From Octopus sinensis (Eukaryota), in the NCBI RefSeq assembly GCF_006345805.1, contig NC_043004.1:43028001-43092000 (forward strand): a stretch of 64,000 nucleotides of DNA, read 5' to 3'. Numbering within the stretch: position 1 is the stretch's first letter; the number at the start of each line of letters is the position of its first letter. Below are positions 26,165 to 39,380 of this stretch, piece by piece. The notes under the pieces are model-generated. The model did not search any database. It was not told the DNA's origin and was given only the letters and a program-made list of their open reading frames with translations. Made by a program: the position numbers and the translations under genes.

Positions 26165-27206
26165 TAAAAATATAGAAAAACTCATAGAATTCCAGGAAGT
26201 GTGAAACGGACTGGACGTAAACATCCAATTCCCGATGGAATATAGCCAGCAACAACTCCCCTTCCTCGATATCCTCATTAAGAAAGCTAATAATATAATA
26301 GAAACAGACATATATTATAAGCCTACAGACTCTAAGCAATACCTTCCATTCAATTCATGCCACCCAGACACACGAGGATGAATATCCCCTTCAATCTAGC
26401 AAAAAGGATATGCACTATATTCTCTAACGCAAACACCAGAGACACACGACTACAAGAACTAAAAGATACCCTTATCACCAGGAACTATCCACCTTCACTT
26501 ATTGACAAGTGCATTCAACGTGCCCTTCAACTTAACATCAAGGAACTGAGACATCCCAAATCAAAGAAAAACTTACAACCAAAAGCCTTACCATACATCT
26601 CCACACACAACCCTCTCAATAACGAAGCCTTCGGCACCATCCTCCACAACATACCCCTCCTAAAAAAAGACCACAGAATGAACACAATCCTCCAAACACA
26701 CACGATGATAAAAAGCAAGAGACAGCCTAAATCCATGAAAAGTCTCCTAACACAAGCCCGAATTCACTCTTCAACTCAGAAGCCGACAGTAAAAAAAATG
26801 TGGAAGACCCAATTGCGGGATATGCGACTATCTAATTGAGGGATCAGAGTTCTCCTTCAAACAGGGACAACGGTTTACAGTGAAAAGCAACTTCACATGT
26901 GCTTCGGAGAACCTAATATACTCACTAACCTGCTCCGGGTGTCAAGAGCAGTACATAGGCCAAACAAAAAATAGTTTGCGTAAACGAATGGCCCTGCACA
27001 GATCCCAGATAAAAATTCCCCAAAACAGAAAAATAGCTTTTAGCCAACACATAGATACTTGCGCCAACAAAAAAACACCAAGCTTCAGGATTTCCCCCCT
27101 CTACCAATTTAGGGACGATACAACCTCGAGACAACGAATAAGTAAAGAAACTCTCTTTATTACAAAATACAGGCCACTTCTTAACGGGTCTACGACAAAC
27201 AATTAA
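26165..27206 (+). pseudogene. PLE RT C-terminus/thumb and GIY-YIG endonuclease, frameshifted
   Basis: IQFPME..LPFLDILI..TDIYYKPTDSKQYLPFNSCHP; NIPFNLAKRICTI; Cys linker KCGRPNCGIC; NLIYSLTCSGCQEQYIGQTKNSLRKRMALHR. Confidence 0.92.
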
Positions 27207-27371
27207 TATACCTCAACTTTAGAATAAAAGAAATATACACACACAAATATTACATTCCAAAGAATCCATTACTAATCACAGCTATAATCACAGCTATAAT
27301 CCATAACATGCCAACTTCAAGTCATACAACACCTCACTACTTTCACCCATTCATATTCTCCCTTCTCTGTT

Positions 27372-27560
27372 TTTTCTTCTTCTTCGTCTTCTTCTTCATC
27401 ATTATCATTATCATCATCATCGTCGTCATCATCATCACCACCATCATCATCATCATCATCATCTTCTCCTTCTCCTTCTTCTTCTTCTTCTTCATCATCA
27501 TCATCAACATCGTCATCTTCTTCTTCTTCTTCTTCTTCTTCTTCTTCTTCTACTTCTCCA
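27372..27560. repeat. (TTC)/(ATC) compound microsatellite in the PLE 3' region
   Basis: Visible directly. Confidence 0.9.
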
Positions 27561-27929
27561 CCTTCTACCTCTTAACTTTGTCACTAATGCTTTTTAGTAT
27601 AACACCTACGCAAATTCCATAAAGAAGCCTTTCAATAGAAATATTCTCCTGAATTGAACTGCGACTGCTAGCCGCCACTGACCATTCAAAATACGACCAT
27701 CAGGGCACTCCCAGATTTTCCCACCCCTCCCCTCATCAGCCTTCTTCTTCTTCTACCCTACCGAGAACTCACAACGACCTCGAACACACAAGTGCAAACA
27801 AGGGAGTCAGAGAAAGGCAGAATACCACTTATATCTGAACACTGCTATAGAAATATTCCTTTAAAAAGGAAACCGGTACTGAAATGTTCACTATAAAATT
27901 ATTTTAGCATTTTCTATTTTGACTTGTTT

Positions 27930-27960
<31 letters not shown>

Positions 27961-28075
27961 CTTTATTTAAAGCAGCGAATTTTCTGCTGCTTTAAATAAA
28001 GCATATTACTCTACCACTAGTATTTGAGTACTCTTTTTTCCACCTTGTTTCACATTTATGTGTTTACTCCGGTGT
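27961..28075. repeat. Short fold-back relic between (TA)n tracts
   Basis: ctttatttaaagcagc gaattttct gctgctttaaataaag (16-bp stem). Confidence 0.7.
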
Positions 28076-28134
28076 ATATATATATATATATATTATACAT
28101 GCATATATGTATATATATGAATGTATATATATAT

Positions 28135-28179
<45 letters not shown>

Positions 28180-28360
28180 TATATATGTACATAGATGTTA
28201 TACATATGTATATGTGTACCTATCTGTCTAACTATATATCTATATCTATCTATCTATTTATGTTAACAAGCGTAATTTTTAAAGATCGAATCCTAGGTCC
28301 TAAATTATCCATATCTGAGCTGTACATTTATTTGTTCTTCCTACAGGTGCATGTGTATGG

Positions 28361-28393
<33 letters not shown>

Positions 28394-29333
28394 CGTGAGT
28401 GTTTGTGTGCATGTATTTACGTTTATCGCGCCAGTGCGTCACAACCGGGTTATCAGTTTGTTTACGTCACGTAATTTAATGGTTCTCTTCAGGAAACTCA
28501 CAGATTATGCACCATATTAAAATAAATACAGATATAGATTTCCTCACCGAAATGCTTTAAGCTGCTGCCACAGCATGTCCACTCTCCATTCTATGAAACA
28601 TGTAGAAGAATTAAAGAATAAAAAGAATTATACTGTAGGCCACATTGTGGGGAATCATTTTATTTCCTATTTTAATGCAATATAAATATGAAAAATATCT
28701 TTATTTAAATGGATACAAATATAAGCCTGATATATTTCTATCGTCCTGCTGAGTATCAATGTAAAAAGAACATATACTAAAAGAAAATTTGAACTATAAG
28801 AGCAAAGATGCGAAAGAGAATACAATGCACCATTTAATAAATGCATGAGATCATTAATTCAAGCAACTCTAATGACATATGACCGAATAATAGTGATTGA
28901 TTTAATCACTAAGCCATTCCCCATACGGTGGAAATTCAGTGTAATATGCAGTGTGTATAATATGAAGGCAAGTCTTCAAAGTTGATTGCAGAAGCGATAT
29001 GATATAACTTAAAACCATGAATCTCAGCGCTAGAATTTTGTAACCAGTCACACATACTAATTTAGAGATAAAAATAAATTTGCGAAGTCTGGCACGTTCT
29101 ATGAATATAAATGATGTTACGTATACATATATTTCATCACAAAACTATGTATTGTGTGGGGTTTGCTTGAAAACATGCAGATTATTGTCGCCTCTGTACA
29201 AAAGAGGAAATTATATATTTTACTATGAAACACTTTCTCTGGTTCGTCTATATGTACTGTTGCGTATACAACTATTATGAATACCAATGCCTGCACAGAT
29301 ACCATAACTTCCTTGATCAATTGTCATATCTCA

Positions 29334-29403
<70 letters not shown>
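29334..29403. repeat. (ACT)n microsatellite
   Basis: Visible directly. Confidence 0.95.
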
Positions 29404-31389
29404 TTGCAGCTGCTTTTGCCATTGTTAGTGTTTTACTACTGCGACCGCGAGATCGAAATAGCATACAATTTGTGTGAGGATTGCGAGAACGAACAATTTA
29501 GAACAAGAACAAGTATTGCATTATCGTGAGTCCACAAACCCCACTCGAGGACTGTAGTCTTCAAATCAACAGATGCACGTTTATAAGCATTCCAGTAGCC
29601 TTAACATCTCTTTCCTTCCCAAGAGGAGCTATAAAATGTCGATAGTGCAGTAACTTTTTGTTTAGTCAATTCTTTTGGCTTCGTCCATCATGCAACATAT
29701 TTCGCCATGGCAACTAGACAGCTTCACTCGCCTTCCTAAATTTAGGCGGCGCTGCTTAGCATGCGCTACATTCAACAACTGAATACCCCATTGCTCTACA
29801 ACTCAACCATTCTCGGATACTATACAAATGCATGCAGTATGGTTTCGACACTACCTGCGCATCTCTGTCGGTTTCGCCTGGCGACATCTCGTTCTCTGTT
29901 GCAGTTATTTTGATCCAACAATATCCCAACAATATCGGTGTGTTGTGAGATCCGATGTTGTAGTTTTCATTGTTTTGGTGGTGGTAGGGGCATGTTTATT
30001 TCTTTGTTTTATTTTTCTTAGTTCTATTATACTAAGCTAGTTAACTGGTTGTTAAGCATAATGGTTAATTCCTGACAAGGAGTATATTCGTAAATGCCTG
30101 CAGTTTTTTATCACTGATATTTGCATCGAATATTATTGTATATATATATTTTTTTTTAACTTGGTTATTTGAACACTATACTGGTGAGAATTAGATTATA
30201 GGATCAGATGAATGATATGTTTTGCAATTTGTAGGTTTGTAGAAAATATATATGATTTACATAACTGATATTTTTTAAGGTCATCTAAAACGAAGTGTAC
30301 TCCATTGTCAATTGAATTGCTTATTTTAGTTACTCAATTGATGAGTGCTTCAAATTATTTTAGTTTGTCAATACTTTCATTCCAAAAGATGAAGAAATCA
30401 TCGAGGTAACTTTTCCACTGTTCTTATTTTCCGGAATAAGATTTTCTCCGTCTATCATAATTCAATATATGCGACAACTACAAAATTATCCAACCAACTT
30501 TCAATGGCTTCTGATTAATGAAATACACGTGCAACGTCATTTCACCGACTCCAGGAATTCTTCCGCAGCTATTCTTTATGCAGATTAAACATTGTTCTTT
30601 TTATATATTTATATATATTTATATATTTGAATATTTAAACAAAATATATACGTTTAACATTAATATTTAATTTAATATTTACAAAACATATTTAATTGCA
30701 ATACTTTAAAACAGTTCTATGATTTTTATGAAACACGTACGTATGTTTTAGGACATGATTAATTGCACTAAGTCTATGGTACATATTCATTTATAGAAGA
30801 ACATTATTTCAATCAGTTATAGGTGTTTAAAACGGAAGAAAGGATAAATATGGCGGCATTAGCATCGCCATATTGTTATTTAAAAAGTAATTTTATAATG
30901 TTAAGAAATATAAGTATGGAAGAAAATTATCAACTTCAGAAATACATTAAATAATAACCATATTAGCTGAGCGATTCTCATTTGCATTCTTTTAATATTG
31001 ACGACTCGTACAAAATTATTAATTAAATATCGATATTCTATTTGGTTGAATAAATGTCTTAGTATACCCCCAAAATAACCTTAGTGAACGTGCATTTTCA
31101 AATATGTAAATTGTTTTTACTTATTGCAAAGATTTACGTGAATATATAATATATACCTCTCTATATTTAAAAGCACGTACGTATGCACACACACACAAAA
31201 AGACACACGAACATTAATGTATATATATACAGGTATATCCCCATCCATTATACTATATATAGATATATATAGATATATATAGATATATAATATATATATA
31301 TGAGTATATATATATATATGTGTGTGTATATATATATATCTATATATATATATATATATATATTTTACATATATATGTATATGTATATG

Positions 31390-31434
<45 letters not shown>

Positions 31435-32259
31435 GCACAAATACATGTATGTATGTATGTAAATATATATTATTTACTGTCACAATACTTTTCTTTAAAA
31501 TGTTACTAAGGCAAAATCTCAATATGTATATGAAAGGAAATTGTACTTTATCGTATAACACTGATTCAATAATTTTATTCTAAAGTGTTCCATGTAAATG
31601 TTATAGTGTTCATTTACAAAACGATTTTGATAAATCATTGTGTAATCTGTTTTCCTTTAATTCCTTAAATCGGGAAAGACAAGAAGAAATAAAACCATGA
31701 TATATTTGATAGAATTCAAACAAAATATGTTTACCAAAACATCTGCATTTGCATTACTGCTTGATAAATGATATACATTTCCTTTTAGCGGTTGGCACTT
31801 GCTAGGTGATATAGCATTTTGCTCGAGAGAAATGAAGCACCCAATGATATGACAGTGACAACTTAATTCTTCATTTGCATTTATTCTCAAATTTCACAAT
31901 AGACTATACTGGCAAAAACATGAAAATAATCGTGAAACAATTATCAAGAAGAAGAACAATATCATATGGGACAAATTTTCAACATTCTCTTAATGGATAA
32001 CATCACTTGATTTAAAACGTATCAAGTTTAATGGCTTTATACATTCTTCATTCTCTAGTTAATGATTAAATATTTGCAAAATATAATCGATTCCTCTCAT
32101 TAGTAAACCAAAACACAAAACTGCTTCTTTATATTGTAGAATCAAGTAGACAGTGAACACACACACATAAGAACACAAACACACATAAAGACGTGCACCC
32201 GCATATACACACGCACGGGTGTGCAGAAGCATTGATATACGAATTGACATATGGGAAAA

Positions 32260-32960
32260 TAAGATGTATATGTGCAAGTCATTCCCATTTGCATCGCTCT
32301 ATGTATCTCATCTCCAATTTCCTTACCAGAACTGCGAAATTTGACTTCACATGTCGACATCGCATATTGTATACCTCTCAAGTATTCCCACGTTTGAATC
32401 TGCAGCTAAGTCTTGTGGTCCCGTCATCGAAAATATGTAGACATTATCACAATGTCGTTTCCTTCTACTTCACATCAGACATGTTATTAGGAGCTTTATC
32501 TCACAAGGAATATCAACCAGTTCTTTACAGATGTATAGGTAAATTTACAACAACATACTAGAATATCACCTCAAATTCTTTTGCTTTCCAAAATTCTACA
32601 TCCAACCATTTGTTTACAGGCAGTTTAATTACAGTAAAAGACCTGGTTATGACCTATCAATTTCATTCAAATCGTATGGGGCGACGCTAGCGGCTACAGA
32701 CAGCAAGCATGTCAGACCCCTCTCTTAACAGAGATGCATCACGTTTAAAAACTCACTAGTCTAGAATAAGTGTACCAATTTCTCATTACTATCATTTTGA
32801 TTTTGTAATTAAATTCCAAATATCACTGGATGATCGAAAAACTTCTACCCGTGAATATCTCAATTCTTCTCTATTTCAGATATTTGGAATGAGATCAGAC
32901 GGCCGTATATTGTGAAAACAGACACCTCACAAGTTCCAGTCGGCCTCGTACACAACATGT
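32260..32960 (-). pseudogene. Possible very old RTE-like RT relic
   Basis: SSGKEIGDEIHRAMQMG resembles the post-motif-7 segment of RTE RTs; otherwise eroded. Confidence 0.25.
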
Positions 32961-33395
32961 TCAGTTTTTCATACAATCTTCATTAAAGATGTTTTATAAA
33001 GGCGATATTTTTTATGTATATGAAAAATGACATACTATTTAAAACACACATATACACATACGGATGCACACGCTTATGTATAAGCACACACACACATGCA
33101 GACATACACATTCATAATCGGTTCATACTGAACATTAGAACTATTAACTGTTTGACCAAATTGTTTAACATATGAGTTTGAAAAAAAACTAGTAAAAAAC
33201 GGCTGATCGATAAATTGGCTAACACAGTTATTAAATCATTAACAATAAAGAGCGGAACAAAGTGCGTGTGTTTATTATTACCGGTATAATGCCCCTCCCA
33301 AGATTCAATAGTATTTCTCTCAACACACGAATTCACATCAAGAATCTTGCAAACCAAATACAAATACGATCTATATAAATATACATATATATATA

Positions 33396-33453
<58 letters not shown>

Positions 33454-33467
33454 GATCGTTTGCTACT

Positions 33468-33630
33468 ACACACATTTTTTTCTCTCCTTGTTTTTTTCTG
33501 TATATCTTCCTGTAGAAGTGCGTAGGCTAGAAACGTAAAATACTTTTCTATTCCTGAGCGCTATACTAATACATTTGTTTGTTTGTACACCACCTGCCTT
33601 CGTCTTTTGTTTATTTTCGTAAATTTCCCT
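33468..33630 (+). mobile_element. PLE-type mini-element with HHR relic (CUGUAGA core, 33507-33540)
   Basis: ttc CTGTAGA a gtgc gtag gcta GAAA cg TA aaa; same family as 57876-58045; between (TA)n tracts. Confidence 0.7.
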
Positions 33631-33636
33631 TTATAC

Positions 33637-33667
<31 letters not shown>

Positions 33668-33691
33668 CGTGTGTTTCTGTGTATATATACG

Positions 33692-33779
<88 letters not shown>

Positions 33780-34193
33780 TGTGTGTGGTGTGTGTGTGTG
33801 TGTTTGTGTGAATAGGCCCAGTGCTCAGACCCTGAGAGTTGCTTTAAAACAGAAAGACATTTTATAAAAATGTGCGTAAGCCCGGGTTTTCTATGCGAGC
33901 AGCGAATCTATCTCTATTCTAAATTTCTACCAATGTGCAATTCATCATCCTATTTCCTCAGACACATTTGACAAACATACATACATACAATTGCTTAAAG
34001 AAAAGGGAGTGCATATATCCTGTTTCATTATTGTATGTTTTATACATATTGCGCGCTAAGGCGGCAAGCTTGCAGAATCATTATCACGCCGGACCAAATC
34101 CTTAGCAGTATTTCATGTCTTAACGCACTGTTACCTGCAAACATATATGTTTGTGTATGCTTATTCGTATATATATATATATATATATAATAT

Positions 34194-34515
<322 letters not shown>

Positions 34516-34562
34516 TATATATAAGGCTGTGTAGATTTTAGAACATCTATAGATAGAAGGTC

Positions 34563-34606
34563 TTATAGCTGTTTCCAGGATATTTATTATATTCTTTCAT
34601 CGGTAA
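34563..34606 (-). ncRNA. HHR-like motif, U4C core (CCGAUGA)
   Basis: tta CCGATGA a agaatat aataa atatcct g GAAA cagc TA taa. Confidence 0.5.
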
Positions 34607-34685
34607 CGTTGTCAAGAAATAGTTAATTTAGATAAGATATAAAATAGAGAGTGAGGTGGAGGAAAGAAAAGAAAATATATCCATA

Positions 34686-34728
<43 letters not shown>

Positions 34729-34731
<3 letters not shown>

Positions 34732-35202
34732 AGCAATAACCATATTAGCCATTTGGAAATGTGGCGCGAATTAGCAATATGACGTATCGTCTTTGCCGAA
34801 GAATTGTCATTTTCGTTTTTTTCCCATTGGTTAATATAACTGCTCATATAAAGATTCTAGAAGTTTCGAAAACAATGTTTGTCCTGGATTTCGATTCTTT
34901 TTGGTCAGGTTGAGCAGTTATAAAAACCCTGGATTTGGGGAGAGATTTTAGTGTTCGTTGGTGTCACATAACTCCACGTCACTCACTCTTTTGGAGGCAT
35001 CGGTAAATTTTTACGCTATGTCTACGTTAATCACAAATCTATTTTGATTTGTTGCTTAACGTATTAGATAGAAAGAAGAAATTTGCTAAGGAATTTAAAG
35101 TCGTTTTTCTTCACGACTAAGTTATCTTTCTTCTTGTAAATAATATGAATTGTTATATTTATATAATAAAAAATAATTAAAAAGAATATGTTTCTCTTCA
35201 CA
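34729..35202 (+). mobile_element. Possible solo LTR
   Basis: Starts TGTAG after (TA)n; TATAAAAA at ~34919; AATAAA at ~35165; ends CA; no TSD found. Confidence 0.3.
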
Positions 35203-35650
35203 TTTGTTTTTCAACTGAGCATAGATAAATATGCATTTCTGTAATCTTTGATTTATGTTTCTTATAGCGGTTTAAAGGACACGGTTAAAATATTAAACAT
35301 ACATGGTCGTTGATGTAGCGTTACATGCGTATATGTCTATATGACGATATAACTGCAGTTAGGGGTTTAGATATAATGATAACACTTGAGTATAAGTGAC
35401 GTTGAATCATTATATTCTCCCTTACTCAGAGAAAAGCCTAAATAAATAATATAACCTAAGAGAAAGCTTAAGGTAGAATAACTGAAAACCGCCGTAATAT
35501 ATATATATACAAGACTATTGTGGTTTGCGTGAAGCCTCATATATTGTTTGTTTAAAAATAATGATAATGTATTCTGAATGACACAGCAGTGCACTATGAA
35601 TAATAACAACAATAGACTATAATAACTTGAAATTTAATCATCCCTAGTCT

Positions 35651-35692
35651 GATATAATATTTCGGAATATAAAATCTCCTTCTTCAGATATC
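35651..35692 (-). ncRNA. Type-I HHR, canonical core
   Basis: gatat CTGAAGA a ggag attttata ttcc GAAA ta TT atatc; 5-bp stem I. Confidence 0.8.
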
Positions 35693-36775
35693 CCTAGGAA
35701 TTGATCGAGTCACTGCTATATTCGAGTTTCCAACATTTTTTCCCATCTCTGCACTGGTCTCACGGAGCTCCTTCTTGAATTCCTTGTGACAAGTGCATGA
35801 GGGCGGCCGCGTCTGAAGCTCGTGTGTGCTGGCACATCCGTAGTGCTGCTTTTACGTTATGTATCATTCATGCAGTTTCCTTTTTTTATAAATAATACAT
35901 GAGCATGTCATCAAAAGAGAACCTACACGCATCGAGAAAATACATTGACTGCCAAACTCCAGCCTGTTGTTAATTTGGGACCCTAGTCTATCTATGAGAA
36001 TAGCTTCCTTAATTCTTAGATTACCCAACTTTCTTTCATTGTCCTCAGTTGTAACAGTTATGCTCTTGTCGGTGTTCCGGCATCAGTCTAGATGTTTTCT
36101 GAAGGAGGAGGGTCTTGTGTTTAGATGTCCTTTGATGAGAATGTTTAACGGTCTCGTTGTACTACACAGATAAAACTGTTACATTTGTTACACTGTACTC
36201 TATACACAACATTTACCCGTTGGCATAAGTCTGTGTCACGGATGGGACAGTTTGCTAGTGTGCATTGATTTATGTCCCTAGCCCGTTTCCTTGCGAGGTG
36301 TTTTCTCAGAATAAAATGTAACAAATGCATCAGGTTTTATGTGGATAGCACAACAAGACTGTTACATGTTTGTATCGAAGAACATTGGAACAGAAAAGCT
36401 TCCTCCTTCAGAAAACATCTAGACAGATGACGGAACACGACCAGAAGCATAATCGTGACAATTGAGGCCAATGAAAGGAATTTGAATAATCTAAGAATTA
36501 AGTAAGCTATTCTCATAGACAGACTGTGGCCCCAAATTAACAACAGACTGGAGCTTGGCAGTCAATTTATTTTCTAGCTACATCTGGATGCTTTTAAAAA
36601 GGAAACTGCATGTATAATGCATAGCTTAGAAGCAGCGTTACGCGCTCACGCACATCTCCCGAGGAATTCTGGAAGAAGCTTCATGGGACCAGTGCAATGA
36701 CATTTCCGGGGAAAAATAGAGGAGAAAAAAACCATTGGAAAATCTATTATAGCACCGACTCAATCAATTCCTCGG

Positions 36776-36817
36776 GATATCTGAAGCAGGAATTTTTATA
36801 TTCCGAAATATTATACC
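36776..36817 (+). ncRNA. HHR copy with mutated core (CUGAAGC)
   Basis: gatat CTGAAGC a ggaa tttttata ttcc GAAA ta TT atacc. Confidence 0.6.
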
Positions 36818-36971
36818 AGACTAGTTAATAAAAAACGGTTATTACAGTCCCGTGGTGTTGTTACAGTGCAGTGTTGTGCCATTCAAAACATATTCTTATA
36901 TATATATATATTTATATATATATATATACATATATACATGCATTTATATATATATATGTATATATATAAAT

Positions 36972-37008
<37 letters not shown>

Positions 37009-38163
37009 TCAAATAAAATTACGTTTAATGATGTATTGTAGTACACATGTACAATAAGTGGTCAGGCTGATTTAGGACATAAAGCTCCGATTTGAACTTT
37101 GACTAAAGCAAAATGTATCTTAGTAGAAACCCAGTAAAATATGTCTATAAGTGTCTTATAATTAGAAAGATGCAATGAACAGGAAGACAAATCTTATCAA
37201 TTTAGGCATGGTATTTATCAATTAAGCATAATTGCATTGTTCTTACGTCGAGCAAAGATAAGCACTCCATTGAATAACGTCAGTATAGTGTGCTACTCTA
37301 TGAAAGAAAATAAAAAGAATTGATGAGGTAGTTACGAGATGCATTGACGAAGAGACGACGGAACAGGTAACTCCTGATATCCTTTATTAAGAATGTTCCT
37401 CAAGTTTTCCTCTCTGAAGAGAGTATAATCCGTTATTTTTATAGAACACTTACAATCGTTAGCTAAGGAATGCATCATAATCACAGATATTTTAGAAATA
37501 GTTGTAAGAGAGCAAGTGCAGACTTTCTTATTTCCCTATTTTTATAATATATTCTATTCCAACAACTCTATTGTAAAAACTATGCAATTATGGTGAAATT
37601 ATAAATCGTATACTCTAAATTAAAAATTATTTTCTTATTCCTTCTTTCTTTCTATTGTGTATATATACTTGTATTTTCTACATTTTAGCAGCGCAGTAAG
37701 TGATTTAACCCGAAAATAATTTAATATTTACATTTGCCTTCTATTTTAGTGATATTTATGTTAAACATTACCTGAGATAGTTATAATACATTTATCGTTG
37801 ATGCATTCGATTTTATTTCATTTTATTGAGAATTAAGTTATTTCAAGAAAACAGATCTTAAATCATAAACGGCATCTTCATTTGATTACATCTATTCCTA
37901 ATCTAGATTTATTGTAGTGCGAAATATGATATTGGTAAACTTTCACCTGAGGAAGTTGCTACATTCACATATTGGTTATGTGAATCTAACATTAAATTTT
38001 TCTCTTCCCATATTTCGACTTGCAAAGTGGACCCATTTTGTTAACAATAAATATTTAAGAAATTTAATTCGGTAAGAGCAAGAGAAACAAATGGAGAACA
38101 GTTGAAGCCTCGTGTTAATTAACAATAAAAATTGAAGAACAAAAGGAAGAAGGAAGTAGTAGA

Positions 38164-38231
<68 letters not shown>

Positions 38232-39059
38232 AATGAATAAATATTTATATATAAGATATATAGTATCATTATTAAGCAACTTACTAACAGCAACATATTT
38301 GTCAATGCAGAGTCAGGCATGGTTTAAAGCTGACAGGAAGCGAGATTGTTATTTCAATATTAAGAACAGTATTCCCAACCTCATGAAAATATATATCATA
38401 TTGCTTAGCATATGTTTGCCATTCAGAAAAGTACAACGATCGTTAAGAACTCAGAAGTATAGTGACATTCCATCTAAGAAATTCCTTAATAAACTATCAA
38501 CATTTCACTTTTATTGTAGGTCTGGATTGATCGAAATCAGAAAAAATATTTTGATAGTAGAGTTTGATACTTTATGCGCACTAGTGAAACAGATATTGAG
38601 CTAGATTATAAAACTAATATTTTACTTAATAAATAAATAAGGATATCAAATGTGCTAATATAATTCACAATATAAATGAATTCCACTTTGCTCACACTAA
38701 TTCTTTTGTAAGTTTTTAACATTTTCTGTACACCTCAAGAGCAATAAAACATTATTCCAAGTCTTTGTCACCAGAGATATAATTTCTTATTTTTCTAACA
38801 AATATTTAATCAGAAAGTAATATACTAAATATTCACCTGTTCATGATTTATATCAGTGTTATGCAAAATTTATTGTTTTGCAGTTCTTAAAACAATCTCT
38901 AACATCGAGTACTTCGCAGAGCCAGAATGACTCTGAAAGTCATAAATTTTCGTGTAGGTTTATATATTTTACTTTCAGCATTTTAGTTTTCAATATTACC
39001 ATTAAAAGTAGAACTACTTTTTTTTTCGTTTCGAATATTATTATTTTAAAACGTCTTCA

Positions 39060-39380
39060 CAGAACTTTCCCCCGAAATTGCTTTCAGTAAATATAGCGTT
39101 ATTAATAAACATAGGCCATTCCTATTGTATGAATATGAAGATTGCTTCTTATCACTGAGCCCATTAGTTGCGCCGCTGAAATCACCAATTTTGAACTGTT
39201 TTTTCCACTCATACATAGTTGTCTCCAAATATTTCGTAGGGAACAAATATGTTGTTTTTTTATGCATCACTCATCAAACGCAGTCCAAATAACGTTTGCC
39301 GAATAAAATGCAAACATGCATAGAATTAGACAGCTGGAAATTTATGATGAACCTTGATCGGAAAATCAAAACAGTGGTAT
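39060..39380 (-). pseudogene. mariner transposase N-terminal relic
   Basis: TTMYEWKKQFKIGDFS (cf. TVYEWFKRFK.GDFSLED). Confidence 0.45.

Larger units (their letters stand above)
25797..27933 (+). mobile_element. Penelope-like element, 5'-truncated with inverted 5' pseudo-LTR
   Basis: 25797-26158 is the reverse complement of 27640-27933; RT and GIY-YIG relic lie between; flanked by (TA)n. Confidence 0.92.
35567..36894. mobile_element. Second, older Penelope-like element as an inverted pair
   Basis: 35567-36185 and 36320-36894 are diverged reverse complements; GIY-YIG relic NQCTLANCPIRDTDLCQRVNVVYRVQCNKCNSF and FYVDSTTRLLHVCIEEH. Confidence 0.85.
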
